A DNA stretch of 64,000 nt, from contig NEEC01000017.1 in assembly GCA_002189035.1 (NCBI GenBank), positions 434,001-498,000 on the forward strand. The letters are read 5' to 3'. The notes below the pieces were generated by a model. The model was not told the DNA's origin, made no database searches, and saw nothing but the letters and a program-made list of their open reading frames with translations. Origin of the DNA: Utricularia gibba (Eukaryota; Plantae; Magnoliophyta). The position numbers were made by a program, and so were the translations under genes. Shown here piece by piece: positions 1-12,918 of this stretch; position 1 is the stretch's first letter; every line of letters starts with the position of its first letter.

Positions 1-616
1 AGTACGGCCGCAGCAGTATTAACCGAATACTCGATGCAGATGAATGTGTTAATATACTTATATTGTAAAAATAAGTCGGTGGTCGAAGGGGAAAACACAT
101 GGTAATAAAAATGAGTAGTTATTGTTGGTGAAGTCTATATTGATAAATTCATATGAAAATTATTTATAAACCTAATTTTATACCTACGTACCAAATGTAT
201 ATTCATCTTAAATCCAAATAATCTAAGTCATCAACCAAACAAGAATTATATCCTTTAAACCCATTAAATCGAGTTATTTAAATCTAAATAAACTAAATCT
301 AGGTTTAGGCCAGCAACGAAACGCACCTTTAGAAGATTGATAGAGCTTGAAAAACTCATTTTCAGTACTCATGGGGCTTGTTCTGTAATTTGAAGTTGTA
401 CTTTAGATTATATAGAATATAATCAGTTTTAAAATTATATAAATAAGGTCAATTTTGCATGGTCTTTACTCCATGCAAGCAAATTATTGCAGTTCAACGG
501 GTGATACAGGTGGTGCCGACAACAGCCCAGAATAGTGACAGAAAATGGGAGAGAGGATTGTTGTCTGAGCGCCACGAAACTAGCGAAAACTATTTGCGAA
601 CAAAGCCAAGCAAGAT

Positions 617-2964
617 CAATCGAAGGTGATTTTCTCCATCTTGGCATTCCACTTGTCCACACGATCCCGAGCGTTGTCCACCTACACATACAAAGCATGC
701 AACCAACCAGTTTGTAATATCTTGATTAGTATGCCTTAGTGCACATAACATTCCTGGAGTACCTCCTTGAACCAGTTGGTCTTCGCGGTGATCCATATCA
801 GGATCAGGGTCTGCATCAGAGTCCCTCCCAGCATTCCCGTCCAGATTCCCTTCATAAGATTAAGTGAAATATTATGGCACTTTCCTACTAAACCCTAAAG
901 CTTGTCCCAATTACCCTTGCGCCGAGATTGAATCGGAATCCGAGGACTGCGCCCACCGGAATTCCAACAACGTAGTAGCAGCCGACGTTAACGTAGGCCA
1001 CCAACGCTTGCCATCCGCATCCCACGGCCATGCCTGTCCCATCATCCACCAACCCATCGGTAATGCGAATTCCGACGCGCACAAAATAAATATAAGCTCT
1101 AAGGTTTACCGGTTAAGACGGGTTGGATCCCGTTGAGCAAAATCGAGACGGCAAGGAGCGGTACGAGCTCCGCGGTGGCGTCGGAAACCGCCTTTCCTGC
1201 GGTGAAGGCATAGCTCATCTGATTCTGGAAGACGATGACGAGTACAGCAAACACGATCGACACGAGGAAAGAAGCTCCTGTGGCCACCACCACGCTGAAG
1301 GCGGCGGATTTGGGGTGACCGGCGCCCAGCTCGTTGCTTACCCTCACACTGAATAATAATGAATAAATCATATCAGTGTAGTAGATGATGTATGAATCTG
1401 AAACCGGAGAAGGATACTTACCTCACGGCGGCATTGAATCCAACGGACACAAAGAACACCCAGCCAAGAATCGTGGTGCTGAAATCCGAATCGCCAACCC
1501 TGTTAGCATCTCTTCGTCGCTATTCTATATGCCATATTTTTCATGCATTCAACAGTGCAGAGCATGATTTTGAACTTTTTTTTGACACCAAACAACCAAC
1601 CAAGCTCCCCTGCTCATCATTACCAAATAGTGTGTGTGTCCGATGTGCGTGTGACATGTTGAAAAAGATGACTCCCAGGAACAATGAACACATGCAACAT
1701 GATTTCAGAGAGTGTGTGCCAACTTCAGTAAATAACATAATGGCTGTCACGTTGGAGATAGACTGGTCACTCCACAGTCCACGTGCAGGCATTTAAGGGA
1801 ATTTGCTGGGTCAATAGTTTCAAAATGGGAATTGCATTAAAATATTTTAGCTAAGATTGCAGATGCCAACCAGAAAGAGTCTTAGCGAATAATTATAGCG
1901 TAGGACGAGGGGGGGAGGTTTAAGAGGGGGAAAAAGGAAGTTACCAGATGGCGAGGGCGTCGAGTTGGATCTCGGGATCGGGAAGTAAGCCGGCGATGAG
2001 AACGAGAATTTGATAGTACCAGACCTCGAGGCAGAGCATGACGGCGGATGCGGCTGAGAGCTTGAAAAAATCCCACAAACCAGAAAACGCCGATGAACTG
2101 AACCCCGCCCACGTCATCTTACACCTATCTGAGGTCAGAATGTAAACGAACTGGGCAACGACAATTATCCACCACGAAAAGCTGAGCACCAGCGCCGCGC
2201 CGAGGAGGTGCCACTGGAACACATACAGCGCTAGCCATGTCAGCAGAATATGCAGCGCCAGGGCAGAGGCTGAGATGTACGCGCTGGGGTTGACGATGCT
2301 CTGCGCCTGGAGAAACTTCTGTATCGGGAAATTCGCTGCGTACGCAAAGATCTGGGGGATGAGTCCGTAAACGAAGATTGCGGACGCTGAAGCCACGCGC
2401 TGGGATTGTCCGAGAAGAACAAGTATCTGCTTTGAAAGCGCGTAGACTATCACGAGCGGTATCCCCGTGGCCATCAGCAGAATCGTGGATCTTTGCACAT
2501 AGATTCCGAGCATCTCGTACCGGTGGGCGCCGTACGCTTGCCCGCATAACGTCTCCACCGCACTCCCCATACCCAGCTGGAACAAAAGAAGAAAAGAAAC
2601 TTGTGAGCAGGCCCTGGTTTCAGATCTCGCTTCAACTGGATATATTTCATCCTACCATGAGTCCGTAGGTGAGAAGCTGGATGCCGTTGTTGGCGAGGGA
2701 AGAGGCAGCGAGCTCCAGGTTTCCCAGATGGCCGCAGAAAATTTGAGTGGACATAGAAATAACGTTGTTGAGGAGGTACGCTATGATGGCAGGGCCGGCG
2801 AGTTTGTAGAGAAGCCTCATCTCTATTCTGGAAGCTTTGAGATACCGAGACCATCGTGGCGAAGCTTCCTCAGACAGTGCTTCCTCCAGCTCAGAGCTGA
2901 TCTCCTCCGTCTCCTCCGGCGCGAGAAGGGGAACCTTCTCCGTCCCTTTCTCCGACAAGTCCAT
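617..2964 (-). CDS. MATE efflux / DETOXIFICATION (DTX40-like) transporter, 7 exons: 2964-2656, 2576-1945, 1478-1422, 1348-1110, 1033-915, 849-763, 681-617
   Basis: MATE motifs in spliced frames: [78 protein letters not shown] junctions keep frame; ends MEKITFD*. Confidence 0.93.
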
Positions 2965-3119
2965 TTTTTTTAGCCTTTCCTACCCTCCAATGAATTCTCG
3001 TCTCCACGCAGGCCTACATATCATATCAAGATGTATTTAATATCGAAAATTTGTCGCACTAATAATATTTTTTTATCTTTTTTTTAAAAAAAGAATTTCG
3101 AAGCAGTAGTAGTTGAGCC

Positions 3120-3366
3120 CACGTGCTTAAACAAAAGCAACAAATATGATTAAATTGAAAAAATTACACGAATTGTTTTTTTAATAAAAGGAGTAAATGT
3201 AGCGCTCAAACACGCAGAATTAATTTAGGGGAGTTGCCTAGAAGGTTGCCCTAATAAATGTCATGTGCATGGCACGTGAGGATGTTGCTTAAATTATGAG
3301 TTATCCACACCAATTTTTATTTATTTATTTATTTTTTTCCGGCAGCGATTACACACACTTGCCGAC
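3120..3366. promoter_or_regulatory. G-box/ABRE-like (CACGTG at 3120 and 3273) and DRE-like (GCCGAC at 3361) motifs upstream of the MATE gene
   Basis: Motifs read directly, within about 400 bp of the MATE ATG. Function is inferred only. Confidence 0.35.
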
Positions 3367-4928
3367 CTAAGCGAACCGACGCCGGCAGGCAGCAAGTAGT
3401 TGGCCTCGTGTTTCCACAATAATTAAAAGGTTTCCCCAAAAAACCATCATTTCCGAAAACATTTATTTATTAATGAGATTCACTTCAATTTAAATTCATA
3501 ATATTGCATTCAATTCATTATTAAAGTTTCATCGCAAATTCATGAGTAAGTGAGATAATGAGTTTAACAGTTTTTTAAGCCTTACTGTGCATGAATGGAA
3601 AGGAGGAGACACTGTTAAGGTTCACACATGATGATGCTTCTAAAATGGTTGTGTGGGGAAATGATTCTTAAAATTGGCTAAAAGTTGATCGGCTACCGAA
3701 GAAAATTTGTGTGATATATTAATATTATATGGTGAACAGGACAAAGAAAAATTGTGGGAGTTGGATGTCAAAGGTGATGATGGGGACTGTAAGAGTACCA
3801 ACGATGGATGGCCTTCTTTCAATTATTTATTTATTTAAATATTTGCAATTTAATGATTAAAAAAACATTGCAATAATATGTGTGGACTGAATTGCTGTTA
3901 ATTACTCGGCCGGCTTGGTGGGGTTTCAAATTACTTGAAAGGTACCTGTCGCCGTTCAACTCATTTATTTATTTTTATTTTTTATTCATTTTATGAATAT
4001 ATATTTATAAATAACATTGTAATATCATGCATCATGTAAATATTATTAAAATATATGAAATATAAATTCAAAACTTTTGAAAAAATTAATATAAAAATAT
4101 TTCCATTTTATGAGTGGTATTTTTCACAATAAAATTATTTTGAAAACATAAAAGCTACATTTTCATATTTCAGTTTTTACAAATAAAATGAAGAATATCA
4201 TTTTAAAATAAATATTTTTCATCAATTTTCAATAATTACTAAATTTGGTTTTTTTTGCAAAGATCTACTCAACATTTTGAAAAAAAAGAGCATTTATAAA
4301 AAATATCATTATCTTTTACTTCAATAATTCTTTTTTTGTATTAAATTAATTTATGTTTGAAGTTTGTTTTTGGAAATATTTACTGTAGAATTAATTAAAA
4401 AATCATGTTTTATAACTATAAATTCAAAATTCATCATCTCGTTTACACTTATCTAAATCCGCCCCTTCAAAATCAAACCCTCTGAATATGTCTTTGGGAT
4501 AAATTTGAGAAATTTGATTTTAAGATAATTTCACAACTCTCAAAAATTCAAATTCTATAATGATACAAACTATTTCTATAATATCAATTTCAACATATTT
4601 TCCTTTGTCCCCTCATGTTTTTCATCCTTCATAATGTTCTCCCTTCACATAAACTATAATTTATATTATTTAAATATATATGCATTAAATTCTTAATTTA
4701 ATTGAACAATATTATAAAATATCAATATTTATTTAAGGAATAGTAATTATTGTAATTGTTTATAAAAAAAGTAATATAATAAATTCAAATATCAGAATTA
4801 ATTTTTGAAACATTATTAAAGACATGGAATTTTAATAGAATAATGATTCTTAATATTAAAAATGAATTTTATTATATTTTTTAAAAAATAGAACAATTTT
4901 ATTAAATGTGGATGGAATGGAATAGGCC

Positions 4929-5008
4929 GGCCCAAGTACATTTTGGGCTTAGATTATGTACTTAAAAATTCCAAAGGTCCAAAAGTGCAAATGCGGTGGC
5001 CCAGCCCA
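4929..5008. promoter_or_regulatory. Site II (TCP-binding GGCCCA/TGGGCY) cluster in the RPL12 promoter
   Basis: GGCCCA 4929, TGGGCT 4944, GGCCCA 4998 and AGCCCA 5003 lie just upstream of a ribosomal protein ATG, the typical context. Confidence 0.55.
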
Positions 5009-5078
5009 ACACGAATTGTCAAAATGTGCTCTTCCTTTCAGCTCCTTATCCTATCCTATCGCGAACTCCGGTGAAGCA

Positions 5079-5645
5079 ATGGCTTCAGCCATCTCCTCCT
5101 TCGGCCTCCGATGCACATGCCTTCCTCCGCCATCCACGGCTACTCAGTCCACCGCGGCCTTCCCCATCCGCGCAATTGAATTCCCCTTCACAGCAACCGT
5201 AACCCGCCACGCCCGCCGCTCGACTTACCTCCGTCCCCTCGCGGCCGTTGAGGCGCCAGAGAAGGTCGTTGAGCTCGGAGACCAGATCTCGAACCTGACC
5301 CTAGCGGAAGCCCAGAAACTCGTCGAGTATCTCCAGGATAAGCTAGGCGTCTCCGCGGCGGCATTCGCTCCTGTGGCCGGTGTAGCCGCGGCTCCCTCCC
5401 AGGCGGAGGCCGCTCCGGTTGTGGAGGAGAAGACGGAGTTCGATGTGGTGATCGAAGAAGTGCCGAGCAATGCCAGAATCGCGACCATTAAAGTGGTAAG
5501 GGCGTTGACGAACTTGGCGCTGAAGGAAGCCAAGGATCTCATTGAAGGGTTGCCGAAGAAATTCAAGGAGGCTGTCTCCAAGGAGGAAGCTGAGGAGGCG
5601 AAGAAGCAACTGGAAGAAGCCGGCGCCAAGATTGCCATTGTTTGA
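5079..5645 (+). CDS. RPL12: 50S ribosomal protein L12, chloroplast (intronless)
   Basis: Transit-peptide-like N-terminus (MASAISSFG), then ISNLTLAEAQKLVEYLQDKLGV and EEKTEFDVVIEEVPSNARIATIKVVRALTNLALKEAKDLIEGLPK. Confidence 0.96.
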   Translation: MASAISSFGLRCTCLPPPSTATQSTAAFPIRAIEFPFTATVTRHARRSTYLRPLAAVEAPEKVVELGDQISNLTLAEAQKLVEYLQDKLGVSAAAFAPVAGVAAAPSQAEAAPVVEEKTEFDVVIEEVPSNARIATIKVVRALTNLALKEAKDLIEGLPKKFKEAVSKEEAEEAKKQLEEAGAKIAIV

Positions 5646-6134
5646 GCAGAATGCTTTGTTAGCTTGGTTTTGATTATGTTCTTGGAGTTCGATTTCACGT
5701 AGTGATACCAGGGACCTGACATCACCCCCATAACTGATATCATTTTGATCTGGGTGGAGTCTCGTTTTAATTATCGGCAATCTTCTTTGAGAATGTGTTC
5801 GATTCAGTTCTTGTTAATAAGCAAAAGATGGGGATCATTCAATTCAAGAATGGAGAAAAATCGAGTTTGCTTTCCGGCAGCCACGTGTAATGCGAACAGT
5901 GGCTTTCTATCGCCAGCGCCACTCTTTTTGTTATATATTAAGCTCACGCTTGTACCATCATCGCTGCCTTTCACACCTTCCGAGCCACGAACGCTTCAAG
6001 AAGGAATCTCGGAGGCAACGGTGCGCCATGTGTGATGTATTTATATGAAAGGCGGCATTTTTACGATAATGAGCTGTAATCGATCCGGTTGGAGGGTTTT
6101 GCTCTGATATCTGGATCCAGGATTGGTTCTTGAG

Positions 6135-8956
6135 ATGTGTTCTCTGCATTTTCCGAATTGGGTTTGCTCCGAGCGTCCAATTTTCACCTCGGAGCGGGGG
6201 AGGAGCAGCAATGAGGGGATTCGTTCGTCGTTCTGGGTGTACATTTGGATTTTCGCGAAGGAGGAGGGAGGCGGCGGAGGGACGGTGCGAGGATTAACGT
6301 TGTCGCTATGTCATCAAATGAATTTAACATGAATTTGAATGAGTATATGGTGACGCTGGATAAACCACTCGGTATTCGTTTCGCGCTGTCTGTTGATGGA
6401 AGAGTGTCTGTACATGCGCTACAAAAAGGGGTACTGACTCTTCCTTAAATTCTTCTTCTTGTACCTTTTATCCTTGTTTGAAGTGTGCTGCTGCTTTTAG
6501 ATACGAGATCACGTAGAAGATAAGGAACATGCTCTGTTGCATTGAAGTGTAAAAGATTCTATGATATTCTCATAATCGACCTGTCTCAAGATCGTTTCAA
6601 TGAGAATTGAAGCTTAATTAATGTGAACGCAGGGCAATGCTGAGAAGTCGAGAATAGTTATGGTGGGTGACACATTGAAGAAAGCAAGCGAAACATCTGG
6701 TGGTAGGCTCATTGAGATCAAGGACTTCAATGATACCAAGTATGGATGAATTTTTATTTCAGTTATTGCTTCCATTCATAATTCAAGTGGAGTGAGTAGA
6801 TGAAGCTATTGTGTTCACTTCTTCTTTGCGTTTCACTTCAGGAATCTTACAAAAGAGAAATCTGGTTCTTTTAGCCTTGTACTTGAGAGGCCATACGCTC
6901 CATTTCCTGTCCATCTTGTGAATGACGCTGAATTTCGGTTCAACCGAGGCCGTGTTCCTGTGGCAACATGGAACAGTAACATACTGGCGTCATGTCAGCA
7001 AGAATCCAATGAGAGAAGCGGTGGCTCGGGTTTTGCAGTGTTTTGCCCGAAGTTCTTGAATTCTCAAGGGTGGAGAAATTTAGATGGCCACGAGAAGAAT
7101 GTCCCAACAAAGGTTCCAATTAGTCCCTTCATAGCAACTTTCACTGAGGAAATGCTTGAAGATGCTGAATGGGGGTATGGTAGTTTTCCACTAGATGAGT
7201 ATGCAAAGGCATGGGATCGTTCAAAGGAGGATCTTTACTACAATCATTCGCTTGGTATGCGCTACAACAAGGTGTGCCTTTTCAGATGGCTCGCATACTG
7301 AACTTTGTTTTCTCAATTTGCATACTCAACTCTTTGCTCATGTCTTTCATAAGCCCATATGTTCAGGTCTTGTAAATCTAAAACTGCGTTATTACTAAAT
7401 GATACTTCTCCATGATAGATTACGGAACAAATTTATGTGGGATCATGCATTCAAAGTGAAGAGGATGTAAAGAAATTGTCTACTGCGGTATGACATTCTG
7501 TGCTTTCAGTTGTCTTAACTTTTTGTTTGCTGCGCCTTCTAAGAACTAAAAAAAGAAAGAAAGATTCTTTCTCTGTGGTTCTCTTTTGTGTTCCTGATCC
7601 ATTTCCTGGTTGCTCTCATTTGATTATTTCAGTGACTTTGCCTCAGGGAATTACTGCTGTGCTCAATTTTCAGAGTGCAACTGAAGCTTCAAACTGGGGA
7701 ATTGATTTGAATTCCATCAATGAGTCATGCCAAAAGTGTAACGTTCTAATGATTAACTGCCCAATAAGGTGACCTTTTGGTGCTCCATAAAACAATCACG
7801 CAACTTGTTCTTCTCAACTTCCTGCTTTCGAACTTGATGCAACCCCTCTGGGCTCATATATTTGAGTTTCACTACCTTTTCTCCATACAGGGATGCAGAT
7901 TCTTTTGACTTGAGAAAGAAACTACCCTTCTGTGTTGGTCTTCTCCTCCGTTTACTTCGGAAAAATCATCGTGTTTATGTCACTTGCACCACCGGATTTG
8001 ATCGTTCACCTTCTTGTGTTATTGCTTACCTCCACTGGATGACAGATACCTCACTCCATGCAGCTTATAGTTTTGTCACTGGGTTGCACACTTGCAAGCC
8101 TTACAGGTTTTTTTCTTCTATTCCTGATGCTCCCCCTCCTGTTCCCACCCTTATCCTTCATATTTTTCCATATTCAGAGCTGCTATCGCATGGGGAACAT
8201 GGGATTTAATTGCAATGGTTGAGAATGGTACACATGAGGAGCCTACCCATGCAGTTGTCTTCGTGTGGAATGGCTTCGAGGTAATGCTTCTGCTGCATCA
8301 AAGTGATTGAGCTTCTTTGAAATCATGTTTCTGAACTTCAGGGTGAGGATGTGTGTCTTGTTGGAGACTTTACTGCTAATTGGAAAGAGCCCATCAAGGC
8401 TATACATAAGGGAGGAGCAAGATACGAAGCTGAGGTTCGACTTTCACATGGGAAGTAAGTCAACTTACTCAGGCTTGCTGGTTTTGTCACTCAAATTTCA
8501 CTGCATGATGGCAACAGTAACTCTGTAGGCTAACATACTGAGCCTTTTCTGGGCTTTCCATTTTGGTTTGAGATCCTTGGTTTTACAATACTGTATCCAT
8601 TACTTTTTCACAGATACTACTACAAGTATATTATCAATGGGAACTGGAGGCATTCAACCAGTTCACCAAGTGAAAGAGATGCGAGTGGGAATATTAACAA
8701 TGTAATAGTCGTCGGTGATGTGGCCAGTGTGAGACCTGTGTCTGCTGAACCAGTGATGAAGGTACTGTTTATTCTTATCATCTACTTAAGCTTTTCAAGG
8801 TGGCCCAATCTCACATGTTCTGCATTTTTTCAGGATGCAAACATTGTGAAGGTTATTGAACGACCGCTGACAGAAAATGAGCGGTTCATGTTGGCCAAAG
8901 CAGCTCGATGCATTGCGTTCTCGATTTGCCCCGTGAAGCTCCACCCCAAGTATTAG
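6135..8956 (+). CDS. LSF1: Phosphoglucan phosphatase LSF1 (PDZ-like + DSP + CBM48), chloroplastic; apparent 1-nt frameshift at 6235-6237
   Basis: MNLNEYMVTLDKPLGIRFALS, ITEQIYVGSCIQ, DADSFDLRKKLPFCVGLLLRLL, HRVYVTCTTGFDRS, YYYKYIINGNWRHS and LAKAARCIAFSICP match LSF1 in order across many GT-AG exons. Confidence 0.93.
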
Positions 8957-10181
8957 GAACCCGACTGGGACTGAGCACAAACAAGAGAACCAGTTAGGGT
9001 GCAGGAGCTCCATCTTTGCCTCGAGCGCGACTCTCGGATCAACTGGTTAGCCTGAGAGTAAGATGATGGCTGCTTGGTTTAGGGTTTTAGGGTTTTAGCA
9101 GGTGGATAAAAGTGAATGTTTCCTCTGTTCTGGTCGTGATCGATGGAAGATGAAATTGGAAATTGTGTTCATTTGTGCAAGTGGGGGAGCTGGATTTGAA
9201 ATCCCCACCAAATCATCGTGAAATAAAAACTGCTGGTCCCAAGGGAATCAATCCGCGCATGAAGCTAAGCTAGAGTTTGGTGTGGTTGGTGGATGACAGC
9301 GATGGGTTTGGGGCGGCGTTTCACAGAAAAGACGGAATTTTGAAGCGAGAAGGTTGAACTTTGCAAAGCGTCATGTCCAGTTTCAGTCCACACGAAAAGT
9401 GGTGGCTTTGGGAGCCGCGCCACTTGCATCACAAAATATTTCAATGGTGGCTGCTTTTCCAGCTCCACGCCAAACGATATTCAACTATATTCAGGGAGAT
9501 TTGGCTCGCGGACGACAGCAAAAGGCACCACCAAAGAAGGTTCCTTCGTTTGGTGGGACGCCATGGAACCAAAGGTGAACTTGGCTTCATCAATCTTCTC
9601 CACTCCTCATCAGCTATGGCGGCTTGCACACGTGGCTCGCCGGACCCACTTCGCCTTTTTGGGCTTTTTGTTTCCTGTGGCTGCTGTTAGCCATTTCCAT
9701 TTCCCGCTGTGTGCAGCTACGCGTAACGAGTAATTCCCTGATCGCTTGTCTCGGTTTTATCAACGCAGAAGGCAAGCGGGATCACAGCCTGCGTCATTCG
9801 TCTCTGTATCCTTTCTCGATTGTAGGGGAGAACAAGGTCGCCGGGAGTGATTGTGTTTCATGTATGTTGAAGCTTGCGCTTTTTCTTTCCTTTCAGGGAT
9901 TCTGCGCTTGATTTGCTTTTTATTTCTTTATGTCGATTCTAGTTCAAGTTTTTGATAGAGGTTGGAGGTTATGATGTTCTACTAGTTGCGATGAGATGCT
10001 GGTGTGTCTGTTCAAGGTTTTATTGTTGCAGATGAATGAATAGTTGCTTTAAGGATGCAAACTAGCTTCTGTATTGCATGATAGTCACTGGAACTGCTAT
10101 TTTTAACTGCTTGATTATTAGAATAGAGGTTCATGATGTTTTTCCTTCTAACTGTCTATTCTATTCACCAGAGTGCTCTAC

Positions 10182-12726
10182 ATGGCAACAAGAGCAGCAG
10201 CACTGAGCAGCCAGGCGCATTTCAGGGACACCTTTAATCTTGGGCATGGATTCAGACATGGGTGCAGTCATAACCGTCAGCAGTGCTCGGCACATGATTA
10301 TAGGTCTCTCAAGGTAGCTCAACCAAAATGGATGAGAAGAGAGAACGTTGGGTATGAACCACACACTTGACGAGTCTCATGATCTTATAGATCAGCTTAA
10401 ATGATGAAGCCTCTGGTATATCCTGATCAGCTTTTGTTTATTTGCAATGCATTGCTCAGGTTCCATGGATCTAAAACCCTTAAGATTAGCAGGAGCTGTT
10501 CTTATAGTCAAACAAAGGATGGTATCCAAGGAAGGTTGTCTATAAAGTCATTATTGGGGGATAGCTGCAATAAGTTCTTTGATTTTGTTGTGATCGGAAG
10601 TGGAGTTGCTGGCCTTCGTTATGCTTTGGAGGTAGCAAAGTATGGAACAGTTGGTATAATAACAAAAGCTGAACCCCATGAGAGCAACACCAACTATGCA
10701 CAGGGTGGAGTAAGTGCAGTCTTGTGTCCATCTGATTCAGTCGAGAGTCACATGCAGGATACTATCGTTGCTGGAGCATATCTATGCGACGAGGAGACTG
10801 TTAGAGTATGTCAAAATAGTATACACTGGCTCATGTATTATCAAGGGTATCTCAGAATACAGTCATTATTTGAGATGTCACATGCTATCAGGTAGTGTGC
10901 ACTGAAGGGCCTGAGAGAATCAGAGAACTGATTGCCATGGGAGCTTCATTCGATTATGGGGAGGATGGGAATTTGCACCTGGCGAGGGAAGGTGGGCACT
11001 CTCATCGCAGAATTGTGCATGCTGCTGATATGACAGGCCGGGAAGTCGAGAGAGCATTGTTAGCAGCTGTCCAGAAGGATCACAATATTTCTGTCTTCCA
11101 GCACCATATTGCCATAGATTTGCTGACATCCCAGGTTGACATTGATGATCTTAGGATGCACTTTTCTTTCTTGGTTATTTTGCCTGGTAGTTCATATCAT
11201 AGCTAACAGTCTTTGTTACAGAGTGGTTCTGATACTGTTTGCCTTGGCGTGGATGCGATGAATACAGAAACACAAGAGGTGATGAAATTTTAAGGATATT
11301 CCTTTCATCATGCTTGAGCTGAATGTTGTTCTAACTGTGCTTCTGCATTTAGGTGGTGAGATTCATCTCAAAGGTAACCTTACTTGCATCAGGAGGAGCT
11401 GGGCATATCTATCCAAGTACAACAAATCCTCCGGTAATGCTCGGGTTTATACTGAATGCACATCTTTAGTAGAATCAAACCTTCAAACTTTCTACCTCAT
11501 TTTCTAAGCCTTTACTGCCACACCTCTATGTCAGGTTGCAACAGGAGATGGAATCGCAATGGCCCATCGAGCCGAAGCCGTGATCTCTAATATGGAGTAA
11601 GCTGATTTGATGGCGAATTCTCCTATCTGCTACCTTACTGAAACTGATTTGCTTCCTGTGAATTCTGGTATTGATGTAACATGCACTCTCTGCTAGGTTT
11701 GTGCAGTTTCACCCTACTGCGTTGGCTGATGAAGGACTTCCAAGGAAACCAGCAAAAGCTCGAGAAAACGCCTTTCTGATAACTGAAGCTGTCCGGGGAG
11801 ATGGAGGCATCCTCTACAACCTGGGGATGGAAAGGTTCATGCCATTGTATGATGAGAGGGCTGAGCTTGCTCCTAGAGATATAGTAGCCCGGAGCATAGA
11901 TGATCAGCTCAAGAAGCGCCACGAGAAGTATGTTCTTCTTGACATAAGTCATCAGCCAAGAGAACGAGTTCTCTCCCATTTCCCAAACATTGCTTCTGAA
12001 TGTCTCAAGCACGGCCTAGACATCACCCGCCAGCCGATACCGGTAGTTCCAGCAGCTCATTACATGTGTGGTGGGGTTCGAGCAGGGCTGCAGGGGGAGA
12101 CAAATATAAGAGGTCTCTTTGTAGCCGGGGAAGTTGCATGTACAGGTTTGCATGGAGCAAATAGGCTTGCTAGCAACTCATTACTCGAAGCTCTTGTATT
12201 TGCAAGGCGTGCCGTGCAGCCGTCTATAGAGCATATGCTCTGTTCACGGATCAATACAGAGGATTCAAACCAGTGGGCACGCCCCACGATGCCCAAATCA
12301 ATAGGAAATCAAGCACTGAGCAGGGTTGTCCAAAGGACAAGGGAAATCAGGAGAGAGCTGCAGTCAGTCATGTGGGAGTATGTGGGAATCGTTCGATCGA
12401 CACTGAGGCTGCAGACAGCTGAGCAGAGAATTCAAGAGCTTGAATCTGAATGGGAAACATACTTATTTGAGATGGGGTGGAAGCCGACAATGGTGGGATT
12501 AGAGACCTGTGAAATGAGAAACCTGTTTTGCTGTGCCAAACTGGTAGTCAGCAGTGCTCTTTCAAGGCAAGAAAGCCGTGGCCTTCATTACACTATTGAT
12601 TTCCCTCATGTTCAGGAGAGCATGAGATTGCCTACGGTTATTTTCCCCTGTTCACCAGTCAATAGCACCTGGAGTTCAAGGCAACTATACAAACAGCAGA
12701 CCGCAGGTTCATCAAAGTACACATAA
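10182..12726 (+). CDS. AO: L-aspartate oxidase (NadB), chloroplastic, de novo NAD synthesis, 7 coding exons
   Basis: [101 protein letters not shown]. Confidence 0.96.
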
Positions 12727-12918
12727 CAGAAGCTTAGATTTTGCATTGGGTCACTTCAGTTTTTCCCAAAATTATTGTCTTAATATCTCAACCATTGGAT
12801 TATGCTCTACAAGTGGTTTTAGGTGCAACAGAACCCTATTCATTGTTATAAATTTTATGCCAATGTTACATATAAATTTCACTATGTGATAGAAAGCCAT
12901 GAACAGTTGAAAGGAAAA

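Noticed and set aside
230-330. Possible Tourist-like terminus (reverse complement GGTGCGTTTCGTTG)
   Set aside because: No matching opposite TIR or TSD found inside the window.
3690-3830. Short plus-strand frame GEQDKEKLWELDVKGDDGDCKSTNDGWPSF, vaguely B3-like; also the 60-aa minus ORF
   Set aside because: Too short, no start or splice support, and the resemblance is only impressionistic.
5225-5780. 172-aa and 145-aa ORFs antisense to RPL12 (likewise antisense ORFs over MATE, PG, SBP, RMA)
   Set aside because: Shadow frames of GC-rich coding exons with no family motifs.
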